Shown here: in pieces, positions 50,575 through 62,520 of the stretch
Layout of the letters: each line of letters opens with the position of its first letter
Position numbering within the stretch: the first letter of the stretch is position 1
Source: Pristiophorus japonicus
Taxonomy: Eukaryota
Direction of reading: 5' to 3'
Assembly: GCF_044704955.1 (NCBI RefSeq)
Contig: NC_091981.1
Location: 178,002,001 to 178,066,000 of the forward strand
DNA: 64,000 nucleotides
Notes under the pieces: generated by a model
What the model was told of the DNA's origin: nothing
Database searches by the model: none
Seen by the model: only the letters and a program-made list of their open reading frames with translations
Program-made: the position numbers and the translations under genes

Positions 50575-52018
50575 GGACTGGAGGGCAGTAAATGTAACAA
50601 CACTTTTTTTTTTAAAAAGGAGGGAGAGAAAACAGGGAATTATAGACCGGTTAGCTTGACATCAATAGTGGGGAAAATGTTGGAATCAATTATTAAAGAT
50701 GAAATAGCAGCGCATTTGGAAAGCAGTGACAGGATCGGTCCAAGTCAGCATGGATTTATGAAAGGGAAATCATGCTTGACAAATCTTCTGGAATTTTTTG
50801 AGGATGTAACGAGTAGAGTGGGACAAGGGAGAACCAGTGGATGTGGTGTATTTGGACTTTCAAAAGGCTTTTGACAAGGTCCCACACAAGAGATTGGTGT
50901 GCAAAATTAAAGCACATGGTATTGGGGGTAATGTATTGACATGGATAGAGAACTGGTTGGCAGACAGGAAGCAGAGTGTCGGGATAAACGGGTCCTTTTC
51001 AGAATGGCAGGCAGTGACTAGTGGGGTGCCGCAGGGACCACAGCTATTTGCAATATACATCAATGATTTTAGATGAAGGAATTGAGTGTAATATCTCCAA
51101 GTTTGCAGATGACACTAAACTGGGTGGCGGTGAGATGTGAGGAGGATGCTTAAAGGCTGCAGGATTACTTGGACAGGTTAGGTGAGTGGGCAAATGCATG
51201 GCAGATGCAGTATAATGTGGATAAATGTGAGGTTATTCACTCGGGGGCAAAAATACGAAGGCAGAATATTATCTGAATGGCGGCAGATTAGGAAAAGGGG
51301 AGGTGCAACGAGACCTGGGTGTCATGGTTCATCAGTCATTGAAAGCGGTCATGCAGGTACAGCAGGCGGTGAAGGTGGTAAATGGCATGTTGGCCTTCAT
51401 AGCTAGGGGATTTGAGTATAGGAGCAGGGAGGTCTTACTGCAGTTGTACAGAGCCTTGGTGAGGCCTCACCTGGAATATTGTTCAGTTTTGGTCTCCTAA
51501 TCTGAGGAAGGACATTCTTGCTATGGAGGGAGTGCAGCGAAGGTTCACCAGACTGATTCCCGGGATGGTAGGACTGACATATGAGGAGAGACTGGATCGA
51601 CTGGGCCTGTATTCACTGGAATTTTGAAGGATGAGAGGGGATCTCATAGAAAAATATAAAATTCTGACGGGACTGGACAGGTTAGATGCAGGAAGAATGT
51701 TCCCGATGTTGGGGAAGTCCAGAACCAGGGATCACAGTCTAAGGATAAGGGGTAAGCCATTTAGGACCAAGATGAGGAGAAACTTCTTCACTCAGAGTTG
51801 TTAACCTGTGGAATTCTCTACTCCAGAGAGTTGTTGATGCCAGTTCATTGGATATATTTAAAAGGGAGTTAGATATGGCCCTTACGGCTAAAGGGATCAA
51901 GAGGTATGGAGAGAAAGCAGGAAATGGGTACTGAGGTGAATGATCAGCCATGATCTTGTTGAATGGTGGTGCAGGCTCGAGGGTCCGAATGGCCTACTCC
52001 TGCACCTATTTTCTATGA
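50575..52018 (+). mobile_element. 5'-truncated CR1 LINE
   Basis: NYRPVSLTSIVGKMLE, QHGFMKGKSCLTNLLEFF, DVVYLDFQKAFDKVPH; CR1 tail ggcctactcctgcacctattttctatg. Confidence 0.9.
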
Positions 52019-53335
52019 ATCCAACCTGACTCCAACATACACATGATCTTAATAAGTTCAATGCACATCGTTGTGTCCAATAGCCCACCTCATGTATACA
52101 TACTAAAAAGCTCAAAGTAGCAACTGCTTTCTAAACAGGAAGAGTCCACAAATCTACTTTTTTTGTTTTTCCTAAAAGCGGTGTGGTTCCACAGATGCCA
52201 GCAAAACTCCATCACTGAGCGCAAATATACATTCTTCACATGTGAGCCTACATAATGATTTGTCAGCAGACTGTGGTGTGCCATAAGCAAACCCAACCTT
52301 TCCTTCATCAGATGTCCACATGCATAATTTCCGCTCGACTTACATGATGGCAATCATAAATGGAACCCCTGATTTTTTACCCACTTCTCTGGCACGCAGG
52401 TAGAAGCCAATTGTACCACCCCAACTGCTGAAACTGCTTCACTTAGCACAGCCCAAGACTCAAACCAAAGATCTTCTGCTCTGCGTGGCTTACTACTACG
52501 TTGAACAATGTTTTTATACCTTATGCAATTAGGGAACCTAATACTTTCATATAAAAACATTTGGTCTCCTCATTTCACATAACTAGTAAAAGAGAAACAT
52601 ATTCCACACTGCCATCAAGTATATTAATTTTAGCCCCTACTTCTCACTGTCATAAGAGGAAATAGTAATTGCTCATTACAATAATATTTATTCAAACCAA
52701 ACACTAAACTACATCAGATCGAACGAAGTTACACCCAAAACATTAATTTTGTTCCTTTTTCCAGATGCTGCCTGCCCTGTTCATTTCCCATATTTTTCTG
52801 TTGCTACATTGTTGATATCTTTCCGTTAATTTTGTCTTGCAAAAAGGCAATTGCAATCACAACGCAAGAAAAAAAATCTAAATTATCAGTAACATAATTA
52901 ACAATCACTTGCATGCAAGAGATGACTTTGAAGTTAAACTTTACTTTATAATACTCAACCTAATGATCTCCTAACCCCACATTTGCATTAAAATTAGTAA
53001 AATAAAAAAATGGGTGAAATGTACTGCAATTCAAGTACAGTAGATTGTGCAGATTATTTTGTACTTGTTTGGCTCAACCATAACTCTCGACCTTCAAAGG
53101 GTTTAAAGGCCATCTTTTAACAGGCATTGCCTTGCTCAGCGAAATGAGCAGTTGTTAATTGCTGAGAATAACCCAAGCTATATTACCAGTAGTAATCATA
53201 TTATCAATGTAAAGATCTAACTGTATCCAACTTGCAGTCCCGTATCATGTTGGATATTACAAAGAACAAATGCCAGGCAACAATGCCTCCAAGTACTACA
53301 TCACTTTGATGTGGTGCCTGCTCCAAATTATTTAC

Positions 53336-53439
53336 CTCTGTCTTACTGTGGATCCACCACCAGCAGCTCGGGGTGCCACAGCTTTACTGGGCGATCGGCT
53401 AGAGGCACCGACATTTGTTGCACTTGCAGCAGGTCCAGG
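53336..53439 (-). CDS. SEC61B: Sec61 translocon subunit beta, coding exon 2
   Basis: ctttttag| [34 protein letters not shown](R) |gtaaat; 104 nt. Confidence 0.95.
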
Positions 53440-53765
53440 CTAAAAAGGGCAAAACAAGATATTAGCACAAAGGGAATAAAATGCTCTTTTCATACATTAT
53501 AAGCAGTAAACATCACAGAAACCCAAAGTATGAAGCACAACCTACCAATACCACAGATAAAAGTGCACATCCAAAGTATTATCAATTGGGACTGATCATT
53601 TTGGTTCCAAAAGTACATTGAATTTGAGCAATATATTACACACACAGGACATGATATCAGTACAGGAGTTGTGAATGAAATGGTTTCTTGATTTTGGGTC
53701 TTAAAAGAAAACAGTAATGAAACAAAATGGGGTAACTACCATCACCATAAAGTAGGATAAAGAAA

Positions 53766-54074
53766 CAAAGGGGCATAGTTTCAGAATAAGGGGTCACCCA
53801 TTTAAAATGGAAATTAGGAGAATTGTTTTCTCTCAGGAGGGTCATGAATTTTTGGAATTTTCTACCCCAGGGAGTTGTTGAGGCTGGGTCTTTGAATATA
53901 TTTAAGGTGGAGATAGACAGATTTTTGAATTATAAGGCAGTCAAGGGTTATGGGGAGCGGGTAGGAAAGTGGAGATGAGGCCAGGATCAGATCAGCCATG
54001 ATCTTATAGAATGGCGGAGCAGGCTCGAGGAGGGGCCAACTGGCCTACTCCTGCTCAGATTTCTTATGTTATGT
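53766..54074 (+). mobile_element. CR1 3' tail fragment
   Basis: gggcatagtttcagaataaggggtcacccatttaaaatgg...gatcagccatgatc...ggcctactcctgctc. Confidence 0.75.
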
Positions 54075-54075
54075 A

Positions 54076-56190
54076 AAAAAAGGGAGGCTTATGACAGATA
54101 CCGAGGTCTCAATACTGCAGAAAGCCAAGAGGAGTATAGGAAATGCAGGGGTGACATTAAGAAGGAAATTAGGAAAGCAAAGAAAGAGCATGAAAAAAAT
54201 TTTGGTAAATAAAATCAAGGAAAACCCAAACATGTTTTATAAATACATTAAGAGCAAGAGGATAACTAAAGATAGGGTAGGGCCTATTAGAGACCATAAA
54301 GGTAATGTGTGTGTGAAGGCGGAAGATGTGGGTATGGTTCTTAATGAATACTTTGCATCTGTTTTCACAAGAGAGGGGCAATGCAGACACTGCAATCAGG
54401 GAGGAGTGTGAAATATTAGTTGAAATAAACAGAGAGAGAGACGAAGTATTAAGGGGTTTAGCAGCTTTGAAAGTGGATAAATCCCCAGAACCAGATAAAA
54501 TGTATCCCCCAGGCTGTTAAAAGAAGCACAAGAGGAAATAGCAGAGGCCCTGACCATCATTTTCCAATCCTCTCTGGCTACAGGTGTGGTGCCGGAGGAT
54601 TGCTAACATTGTATCTTTGTTTACAAGGGAAAAAGTTACAGGCCGGTCAGCCGAACCCCGGTGGTGGAAAATTTATTGGAGAAAATTCTGAATGACAGGA
54701 TAAATCTTAATTTGGAAAGACCTGGATTAATCAAGGACAGTCAGCATGGATTTGTTATGGGGTGGTTGCATCTGACTAACTTGATTAAATTTTGAGGGGA
54801 GGTAACAAGGAGGGTCGATGATGCTAGTGCATTTGATGTAGTAAATATGGATTTTTGATACGGTCCCATATGGTCACGAAAGTAAAAGTCCATGGGATCC
54901 AAGGCAAAGTGGTAGGTTGGATCCAAAATTGGCTTAGAGGCAAGAAGCAAAGGGTAATGGTTGATGGGCGTTTTTGTGACTAGAAGAACATTTCCATGGG
55001 ATTCTGGAGGGCTCAGTACTAGATCCCTTGCTTTTTGTGATATATATCAATGATTTAGACTTGAATGTAGGGGATATAATTAAGAAGTTTGCAGATGATA
55101 CAAAAATTGACTGTGAATTACCAAAAATTGATAATGAAGAAAAAAGCTGTAGAATGCAGGAAGATATCAATAAAATGGTCAGGTGGGCAGAACAGTGGCA
55201 AATGGAATTCAATCTGGAGAAGTGTGAGGCAAGGGTCATGGAGAAGTGTAGAGAAACAAAGGGACCTTGCAATGCATGCCCACAGATCCCTGACGGTAAC
55301 AGGCCAGGTAGATAATTATCATCATCATAGGCAGTCCCTCAAAATCGAGGAAGACTTGCTTCCACTCAAAAAGTGAGCTCTCAGGTGACTGAACAGTCCA
55401 ATATAAAAATGACAGTCTCTGTCACAAGTGGGACAGTCATTGGAGAAAAGAGCGAGTGTGGAGTTTGGTTTGCCGCACGTTCCATCTGCTGCCTGCGCTT
55501 CTGCATGCTCTTGGCAACAAGACTCAAGGTTCTCAGTGCCCTCCCGGATGCTCTTCCTCCAATTAGGGTGGTCTTTGGCCAGGAATTCCCAGGTGTCGAT
55601 GGGGAAATTGCACTTTATCAAGGAGGTTTTGAGGGTTGATAAAGTGGTTAAGGCGGCATATGGAATATTTGCCTTTATTAGCCGAGGCATAGAATACAAG
55701 AGCAAGGAGGTTATGCTTGAACTGTTTAAAACACTAGTTAGGCCACAGCTAGAGTACTGTATGTAGTTCTGGTCACATTACAAGATGTGACTACACTAGA
55801 GAGGGTACAGAGGAGATTTACGACTATGTTGTCTGGACTGGAGAATTTTAGTTATGAGGAAAGATTGGATAGGCTGAGTTTGTTTTCTTTGGAACAGAGG
55901 AGATTGAAGGGAAACCTTAATGAGGTGTATAAAATTATGAGGGGCCCAAATAGATTGGATAGGAAGGATCTATTTTCCTTAGCAGAGGGGATCAACAATC
56001 AGGGGGCATAGATTTAAAGTAATTGGTAGGAAGTTTAGAGAGGATTTGAGGGGAAATGGTTTCACCCAGAGGATGGTGGGGGTCTGGAACTCACTGTCTG
56101 AAAGGGTGGTAGAGCAGAAACCGTCACCACATTTAAAAAGTACCTGGATGTGCACTTGAAGTGCTGTAACCTACAAGGCAACAGACTAAA
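54076..56190 (+). mobile_element. CR1 LINE A (5'-truncated; its tail resumes at 59471-59576), with an RTE tail nested at about 55316-55633
   Basis: KIKENPNMFYKYIKSKR, LLFVIYINDLD, KFADDTK and LERVQRRFT. Confidence 0.85.
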
Positions 56191-59100
56191 CTAATTAATG
56201 GGGGCGGTGGGGAGGAGAAAGAGGATTCAGGCGAGCGAAAATTTAAAAAGTCAACTAATAAGGAGAAGGCAATGGAGCAGGGCAGCACTGGGGGAAATGA
56301 AAACCAGAGCATGACAGGAAGGAAGGGACACAATGTATAAACATCAAGGTGAATCAGAAAGTAGGATCAACGCAGGAAAAAAAGATGGTTGGAAAAAATA
56401 AATTTAAAAGCTATATTAATCTGAATGCACATAGCATTCGTAACAAAATAGATGAGTTGACGTCACAAATAGATGAAAATGGGTATGATCTGATAGCCAC
56501 TAGAGATGTGGTTGCTAGGTGACCTGGACTGGGAACTAAATATTCAGGGATATTTGACAATTTGGAAGGACAGACAGAAAGGAAAAGGAGGTGGGGCAGC
56601 ACTGTTAATAAAGGATAAGATCAGTGTGTTAGTGAGAAACGCTATTAGCTCAGAAGATCAAGATGTTGAATCAGTTTGGGTGGAGATAAGGAATAATAAG
56701 GGGGAAAAGTCACTGGTGGCTGTAGTCTATAGGCCCCCTAATAGTAGCTACACTGTTGGACAAAGTATAAATCAAGAAATAATGGAGGCTTGTAAAAAAG
56801 GGATGGCAATAATCATGGGCAATTTTAACCTTCATATTGATTGGACAAAGCAAGTTGACAAGGGTAGCCTTGAGGAAGAGTTCAGAGTGTATCCAGGATA
56901 GTTTCCTTGAACAGTACATTGCGGAACCAACCAGGGAGCAGGCTCTCTTAGATCTGGTACTGTGTAATGAGACAGGATTAATAAACGATCTCCTAGTAAA
57001 GGATCCTCTAGGAATGAGTTACCATAACATGGTTGAATTTCAAATTCAGTTGGAGGGTGAGAAAGTTGGATCTCAAACCAGAATCCTAAGCTTAAATAAA
57101 AGGAAACTACAAAGGTATGAAGGCAGAGTTGGTTAAAGTGGACTGGGAAAATAGATTAAGGTATGGGACAGTTGATGAGCAGTGGCAGACATTTAAGGAG
57201 ATATTTCAGAACTCTCAACAAAAATATATCCCAATGGAGAAGGAAAGACTAAGAAGGGATAACCATCCATGGCTAACTAAGGAAATAAGGGATGGTATCA
57301 AATTGAAAACAATGGCATACAATGTGGCCAAGACCAGTGAGAGGCCTGAGGATTGGGAAACTTTTAAAGGCCAGCAAAGAACGACTAAAAAAATGATAAA
57401 GAGAGGGAAGATAGATTAGGTATGAAATATAAAAACAGATAGTAAGAGTTTCTACAAGTACATAAAAAAGGAAGAGTGGCTAAAGTAAATGTTGGTCCTC
57501 TAGAGGATGAGACTGGGGAATTAATAATGGAGAACAGGGAAATGGCAGAGACGTTGAACAAATATTTTGTATCGGTCTTCACAGTAAAAGATACTAAAAA
57601 ACATTCCAATAGCGGATAATCAAGGGGCTATAGGGAGGAACTTAATACAACCATCACTAAAGTAGTAGTACTCAGTAAAATAATGACTAAAGGCGGACAA
57701 GTTTCCTGGACCTGATGGCTTACATCCTAGGGTCTTAAAAGTGGCTGCAGAGATAGTGGATGCATTGGTTGTGATCTACCAAAATTCGCTGGATTCTGGG
57801 GCGGTCCCAGCAGATTGGAAAACCGCAAATGTAATGCCCCTATTTAAAAAAAGGAGGCAGACAAAAGGCAGGAAACTATGGACCAGTTAGCCTAATATCT
57901 GTCGTGGGAAAATGCTGGAGTCTATTATTAAGGAAGCAGTAGCGGAGCATTTGGAAAAGCATACTTCAATTAAGCAGAGTCAGTATGATTTTATGAAAGG
58001 GAAATCTTGTTTGACAAATTTGCTGGAGTTCTTTGAGGATGTAATGAGCAGAGTGGATAAGGAGGAACCAGTGGATGTGGTGTATTTGGATTCCTTAAGG
58101 CATTCAATAAGGTTACTGCACAAGATAAAAGTGGACGGGGTTGGGGGTAATATATTGGCATGGATAGAGGATTGGCTAACTAACAGAAAACAGAGTATCG
58201 GGATAAATGGGTAATTTTCCGGTTGGCAAACACTAACTAGTGGGGTGCCGCAGGGATCGGTGCTGGGGCCTCAACTATTTACAATCTATATTAATGACTT
58301 GGATGAAGGGACTGAGTGTAATGTTGCCAAGTTTGCTGATGATACAAAGATGGGTTGGGAAAGTAAATTGTGAGAACACAAAAAATCTGCAAAGGGCGAT
58401 CGACAGGCTAAGTGAGTGGGCAAAAATTTGGCAGATAGAGTCATCATCATAGGCAGTCCCTTGAAATCGAGTAAGACTTGCTTCCACTCAAAGTGAGTTC
58501 TTAGGTGACTGAACAATCCAATATGGGAATTAGTCTCGGTCACAGGTGGGACAGACAGTCATTGAAGGAAAGGGTGGGTAAAGAGTCTGGTTTGCCACAC
58601 GCTCCTTCCGCTTGCTTTCTGCATGCTCTCGGCGACGAGACTCGAGGTGCTCAGCGTCGAGACGTCAAGTCTTGGCAGATAGAGGATAATGCGGGAAAAT
58701 GAGGTTATCCACTTTGGCAGAAAAAATAGAAAAGCAAATTATAATTTAAATGGAGAAAAATTGCAAAGAGCTACAGTACAGAGGGACCTGGGGGTCCCTG
58801 TGCATGAAACACAAAAAGTGAGTATGCAGGTACAGCAAGTAATCAAGAAGGCAAATGGAATGTTGGCCTTATTGCAAGGGGAAAGAGAGTGTAAAAGCAG
58901 AGAAGTCCTGCTACAACTGTACAGGGTATTGGTAAGGCCATACCTGGAGTACTGCATACAGTTTTGGTCTCCATATTTAAAGGAAGGATATACTTGCATT
59001 GGAGGCTGTTAAGAGAAGGTTCACTAGGGTGATTCTGGAGATGAGGGGGTTGACTTATGAAGATAGGTTGAGCCTATACTCATTGGAGTTAAGAAGAATG

Positions 59101-59470
59101 AGAGGTGATCTTATCGAAACATATAAGATAATGAGGGGGCTCGACAAGGTGGATGCAGAGAGGATATTTCCACTCATCGGGGAAACTAAAATTAGGCGAC
59201 ATAGTCTTCGAATAAGGGGCCACCCATTTAAAATTGAGATAAGGAATTTCTTCTCTGAGGGTTGTAAATCTACAGAATTCTCTGCCCTGGAGCGCAATAG
59301 ATCATTGAACATATTTAAGGCGGCAATAGACAGATTTTTGAGCGATGAGAATAAAGGGTTGGGGAGAACAGGGAAGTGGAGTTGAGTCTATGATCAGATC
59401 AGCCATAATCTTATTAAATGGGCAGGCTCGAGGGGCCAAGTGGCCTACTCCTGTTCCTATTTCTTATGTT
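56191..59470 (+). mobile_element. CR1 LINE B (APE + RT, disrupted) nested in the 3' UTR of CR1 A; RTE tail nested at 58441-58671
   Basis: VESVWVEIRNNKG, VVYRPPN, GNFNLH, LLDLVLCNE, MKGKSCLTNLLEFF and a CR1 tail. The RTE insert is flanked by TSD TTGGCAGATAGAG (58428-58440 and 58672-58684). Confidence 0.85.
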
Positions 59471-60573
59471 GACGAAGAGCTGGAAAGTGGGATTAGGCTG
59501 GATAGCTGTCAGCCGGCGTGGATACGATAGGCCAAAATGGCCTCCATCCATGCTGTAAATTTCTAATGATTCTAAGTAGTCACTATTATATGTCAACTAA
59601 TTTCTGACAAACAATGAACGATAGGACAATCTGTTTATGGTGGTGTTGCGAGTGTAAGGAATGTGGACAATGATGCCCCAGCTCTTCAAATAGTGCTGTG
59701 GGGTGTTTGAAGATGTCTCAATGAATCATCTGAAAGATAGCATGTCTAATAATGTAGCACCCCTTCAGTACTGCACTGAAATATCAGCCTAGATTATGTA
59801 CTCAAGACTATAGTAGAGCAAAACTGAGTCAAGTGTCCCTCTCCTGTATGCTTTCAAATAAATCATCCAATTCATTATTTGGCAAACTTGGGAATCTATC
59901 ACATGCAAATTATGGAGCTCAAAACAAGATTCAGACTTCTCTCCATCTCACATCTGTCTCTCTCCCTATCCGACCTTTTTATTTCCATAACTCTGTGAAG
60001 GTAACAAAAGCAGAGAATTTCACTGTTATAAATAGCTACAAACAAAATAGCATTTTCCAAACACAAAATTCTGATAATTCAAATAACCACAACCACATTT
60101 ACAATAATAAAATCATACTATATTGTTCAATATGTTGTAAGCCCGTTTCACCTCAAGGAGTATTCAAACAAAAAAAGTCGCACTGCAGAATATATAGTGT
60201 ACTATAAACAAATATAACCTATTTTGGTTATTGCTGACGTGGCTTTATTGCAACCCCGAAATCTTATGATGAGTTCAAACAAACAAACTGAAATGCCAGC
60301 TGGAGCGTGCAGGTTTATCCCATGCATAACAAACGGGGGGGGGGGGGGAATCATTCCATCCTGGAAGATACACAATTAAGTTGAAATATTGAATTTGCAG
60401 CAGTCAGACACTGAAGGCCTTGATGCGGCTGCCAGGTCTCCATTGGTTTGTACTAGTCTCTAAATTGCCAGCCGGCCTCGCCCTCCCCTCCCCTCCCTGG
60501 AACTGTGTCCCATTGCGAGCGAGTTGTCCCTGGAGGTTCCCGCGCGGTGGAACACCAGGGACAGGGCCGTTAC

Positions 60574-60576
60574 CAT
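60574..60576 (-). CDS. SEC61B: Sec61 translocon subunit beta, exon 1 coding part (ATG only)
   Basis: Minus strand gctaacATG|gtaacgg inside the CpG island. It supplies the Met for the phase-0 exon 2 (MPGP...). Total protein is 98 aa. Confidence 0.85.
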
Positions 60577-61022
60577 GTTAGCGCCGTTGTTCTGTCAAGC
60601 CTCAGTCCTTCACTCTCTCACTCCCCAGGTCCGCCGCCCGACAGCTGAACAACGATTGCCTGCTGCTGACCAGCCCTAATGTAGCCACGACACACAACTC
60701 AGGACCCCTCCGACAGCGTTGCGCCCTTACGCCGCCTGGCAGAAATCAACAACAAAACACCAAGAAATAGTCAAGCATTGTAAAAAAAAAAATCCGCACC
60801 CCGTTAAATTTTTAACGGTGATCGCATATATTTTTCTCAAGCTGCTATCATGCACACAATTAGAGGGATTTTGCACTCAGGCCCCGCTGAGGGCAGCCTG
60901 ACCGGGTGGCGATGACGCGCCACTGTGTTGGTGCCGGGGCTCCGGTGAGTGTGGGCCGCGCTCTCTAACCGGCCGGGACACGGTCCGTGGTGCGGAGTGG
61001 CCTGAGCGCGGCGGCAGCAATA
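60577..61022. promoter_or_regulatory. Shared bidirectional promoter and 5' UTRs of SEC61B and ALG2 (CpG island)
   Basis: Divergent start codons are 446 bp apart, with high CpG density from about 60470 into ALG2. Confidence 0.75.
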
Positions 61023-62231
61023 ATGGTGAAGGTGGTGTTCCTACACCCGGATTTGGGGATCGGCGGCGCCGAGCGGCTGGTGTTGGACGCGGCGGCAGCG
61101 CTGCGCAGGCGCGGTTGCCAGGTGCAGATCTGGACAGCTCACCACGACCCCGCGCGCTGCTTCGCCGAGAGCCGCGAGCCGGGCCTGGGCGTGCGCAGTG
61201 TGGGCGGCTGGCTGCCGCGCGCCGTGCTGGGCCGCGGCCTGGCCTTGTGCGCCTACCTGCGCATGTTGTACGTCGCCTGCTACCTGGTCTTCCTCAGCGG
61301 CGAGGAGTTCGACGTGGTGTTCTGCGACCAGGTCTCGGCCTGCATCCCCGTGTTCAAGTTGTGCCGCAGAGCCAAGCGGGTGCTGTTCTACTGCCACTTC
61401 CCCGACCAGCTGCTCACCCACAGGCTGACGGCCGTCAAGCGGCTGTACCGGCTGCCCATTGACTGGCTGGAGGAGTACACGACCGGCCTGGCCGATCTGG
61501 TCGTGGTCAACAGCAAGTTCACGGCCGGCGTCTTCAAGCGGACTTTCAAGTCCTTGTCCCACCTGGAGCCTGATGTTCTTTATCCGTCTCTCAACTTCAC
61601 CGCCTTCGACAGCGAGCCCGCGGGCGGCAGTGACTCGGTCCCGCCCGGCAAGAAGTTTGTCTTTCTGTCCATCAACCGATTCGAGAGGAAGAAGAATCTG
61701 CCCCTGGCGCTGGAGGCTTTGCACGACCTCCGCGGCCGGCTGGCCTGTGCGGACTGGGAGCAGGTCCACCTGGTCATGGCCGGAGGCTACGACGAAAGGG
61801 TGGTGGAGAATGTCGAGCATTACAGGGAGCTGGAGGAGATGGCGAGCCGACTGCAGCTGTCCGACACCGTGACTTTTGTCAGGTCATTCACGGACCAGCA
61901 GAAGATTTCCCTGCTCCGCCGGAGTGGCTGCGTGTTGTACACACCGAGCAACGAACACTTCGGGATCGTGCCCTTGGAGGCCATGTACACCCGTTGTCCG
62001 GTCATCGCCGTGAATTCAGGCGGACCTCTCGAGTCCGTGGTCGACCGAGTCACCGGGTTTCTTAGGCAGCCGTCGCCAGACTCTTTCGGTGAAGCCATGG
62101 AGACAATTGTCAGGAATCCCGATTTACGGGCAAAAATGGGAGACGCTGGAAGAAGTCGAGTTCTTCGAACATTTTCTACAGATGCCTTTGAAGAACAGTT
62201 ATATCAGTATATATGCAAATTAACACAATGA
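61023..62231 (+). CDS. ALG2: Alpha-1,3/1,6-mannosyltransferase ALG2 (GT4 family), single ORF of 402 aa
   Basis: MVKVVFLHPDLGIGGAERLVLDAA, DQVSACIP, FYCHFPDQLL, FLSINRFERKKNL, MAGGYD and LYTPSNEHFGIVPLEAM (EX7E motif). Adjacent to SEC61B as in human. Confidence 0.97.
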   Translation: MVKVVFLHPDLGIGGAERLVLDAAAALRRRGCQVQIWTAHHDPARCFAESREPGLGVRSVGGWLPRAVLGRGLALCAYLRMLYVACYLVFLSGEEFDVVFCDQVSACIPVFKLCRRAKRVLFYCHFPDQLLTHRLTAVKRLYRLPIDWLEEYTTGLADLVVVNSKFTAGVFKRTFKSLSHLEPDVLYPSLNFTAFDSEPAGGSDSVPPGKKFVFLSINRFERKKNLPLALEALHDLRGRLACADWEQVHLVMAGGYDERVVENVEHYRELEEMASRLQLSDTVTFVRSFTDQQKISLLRRSGCVLYTPSNEHFGIVPLEAMYTRCPVIAVNSGGPLESVVDRVTGFLRQPSPDSFGEAMETIVRNPDLRAKMGDAGRSRVLRTFSTDAFEEQLYQYICKLTQ

Positions 62232-62389
62232 AAATCACTACAGTGTAGAATAACAGCGGGAATGTTAACTGCCGATTTTTTTGTACAATACAACGTGAAA
62301 TCTGACAACGTGACTGCGGAAAAAACATAGTTTTTAATTGTTTTCTATATTTACGAATATAGATAGGTACATGTAAATTACTGTCTTGC

Positions 62390-62520
62390 ATGGAAGGATG
62401 TTGTATGGGAAGGTACCAGGAAAAGGGAAGTTGGGATCAGGAAGAATGAACCAGAGTGTCACAGGAAATGGTCCCTCTGGAAAGTGGAGGTGAGGGAAGG
62501 TGGAGATGTGCCTCCTGGTT
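62390..62520 (-). mobile_element. Degraded Penelope-like fragment downstream of ALG2
   Basis: Resembles about 5390-5490 (ggaaggtgctgtaggaagg...gaccagggtgccgcggagggagcggttcc). Confidence 0.4.

Noticed and set aside
60987-61022. N-terminal extension of ALG2 from GTG at 60987
   Set aside because: Non-ATG start from the ORF caller. ATG 61023 has good context (A at -3, G at +4) and lies just before the conserved FLHPDLGIGGAERL motif.
61041-61820. 259-aa antisense ORF over ALG2, and the other overlapping ORFs
   Set aside because: Expected shadow of GC-rich codon usage; no recognisable domain.
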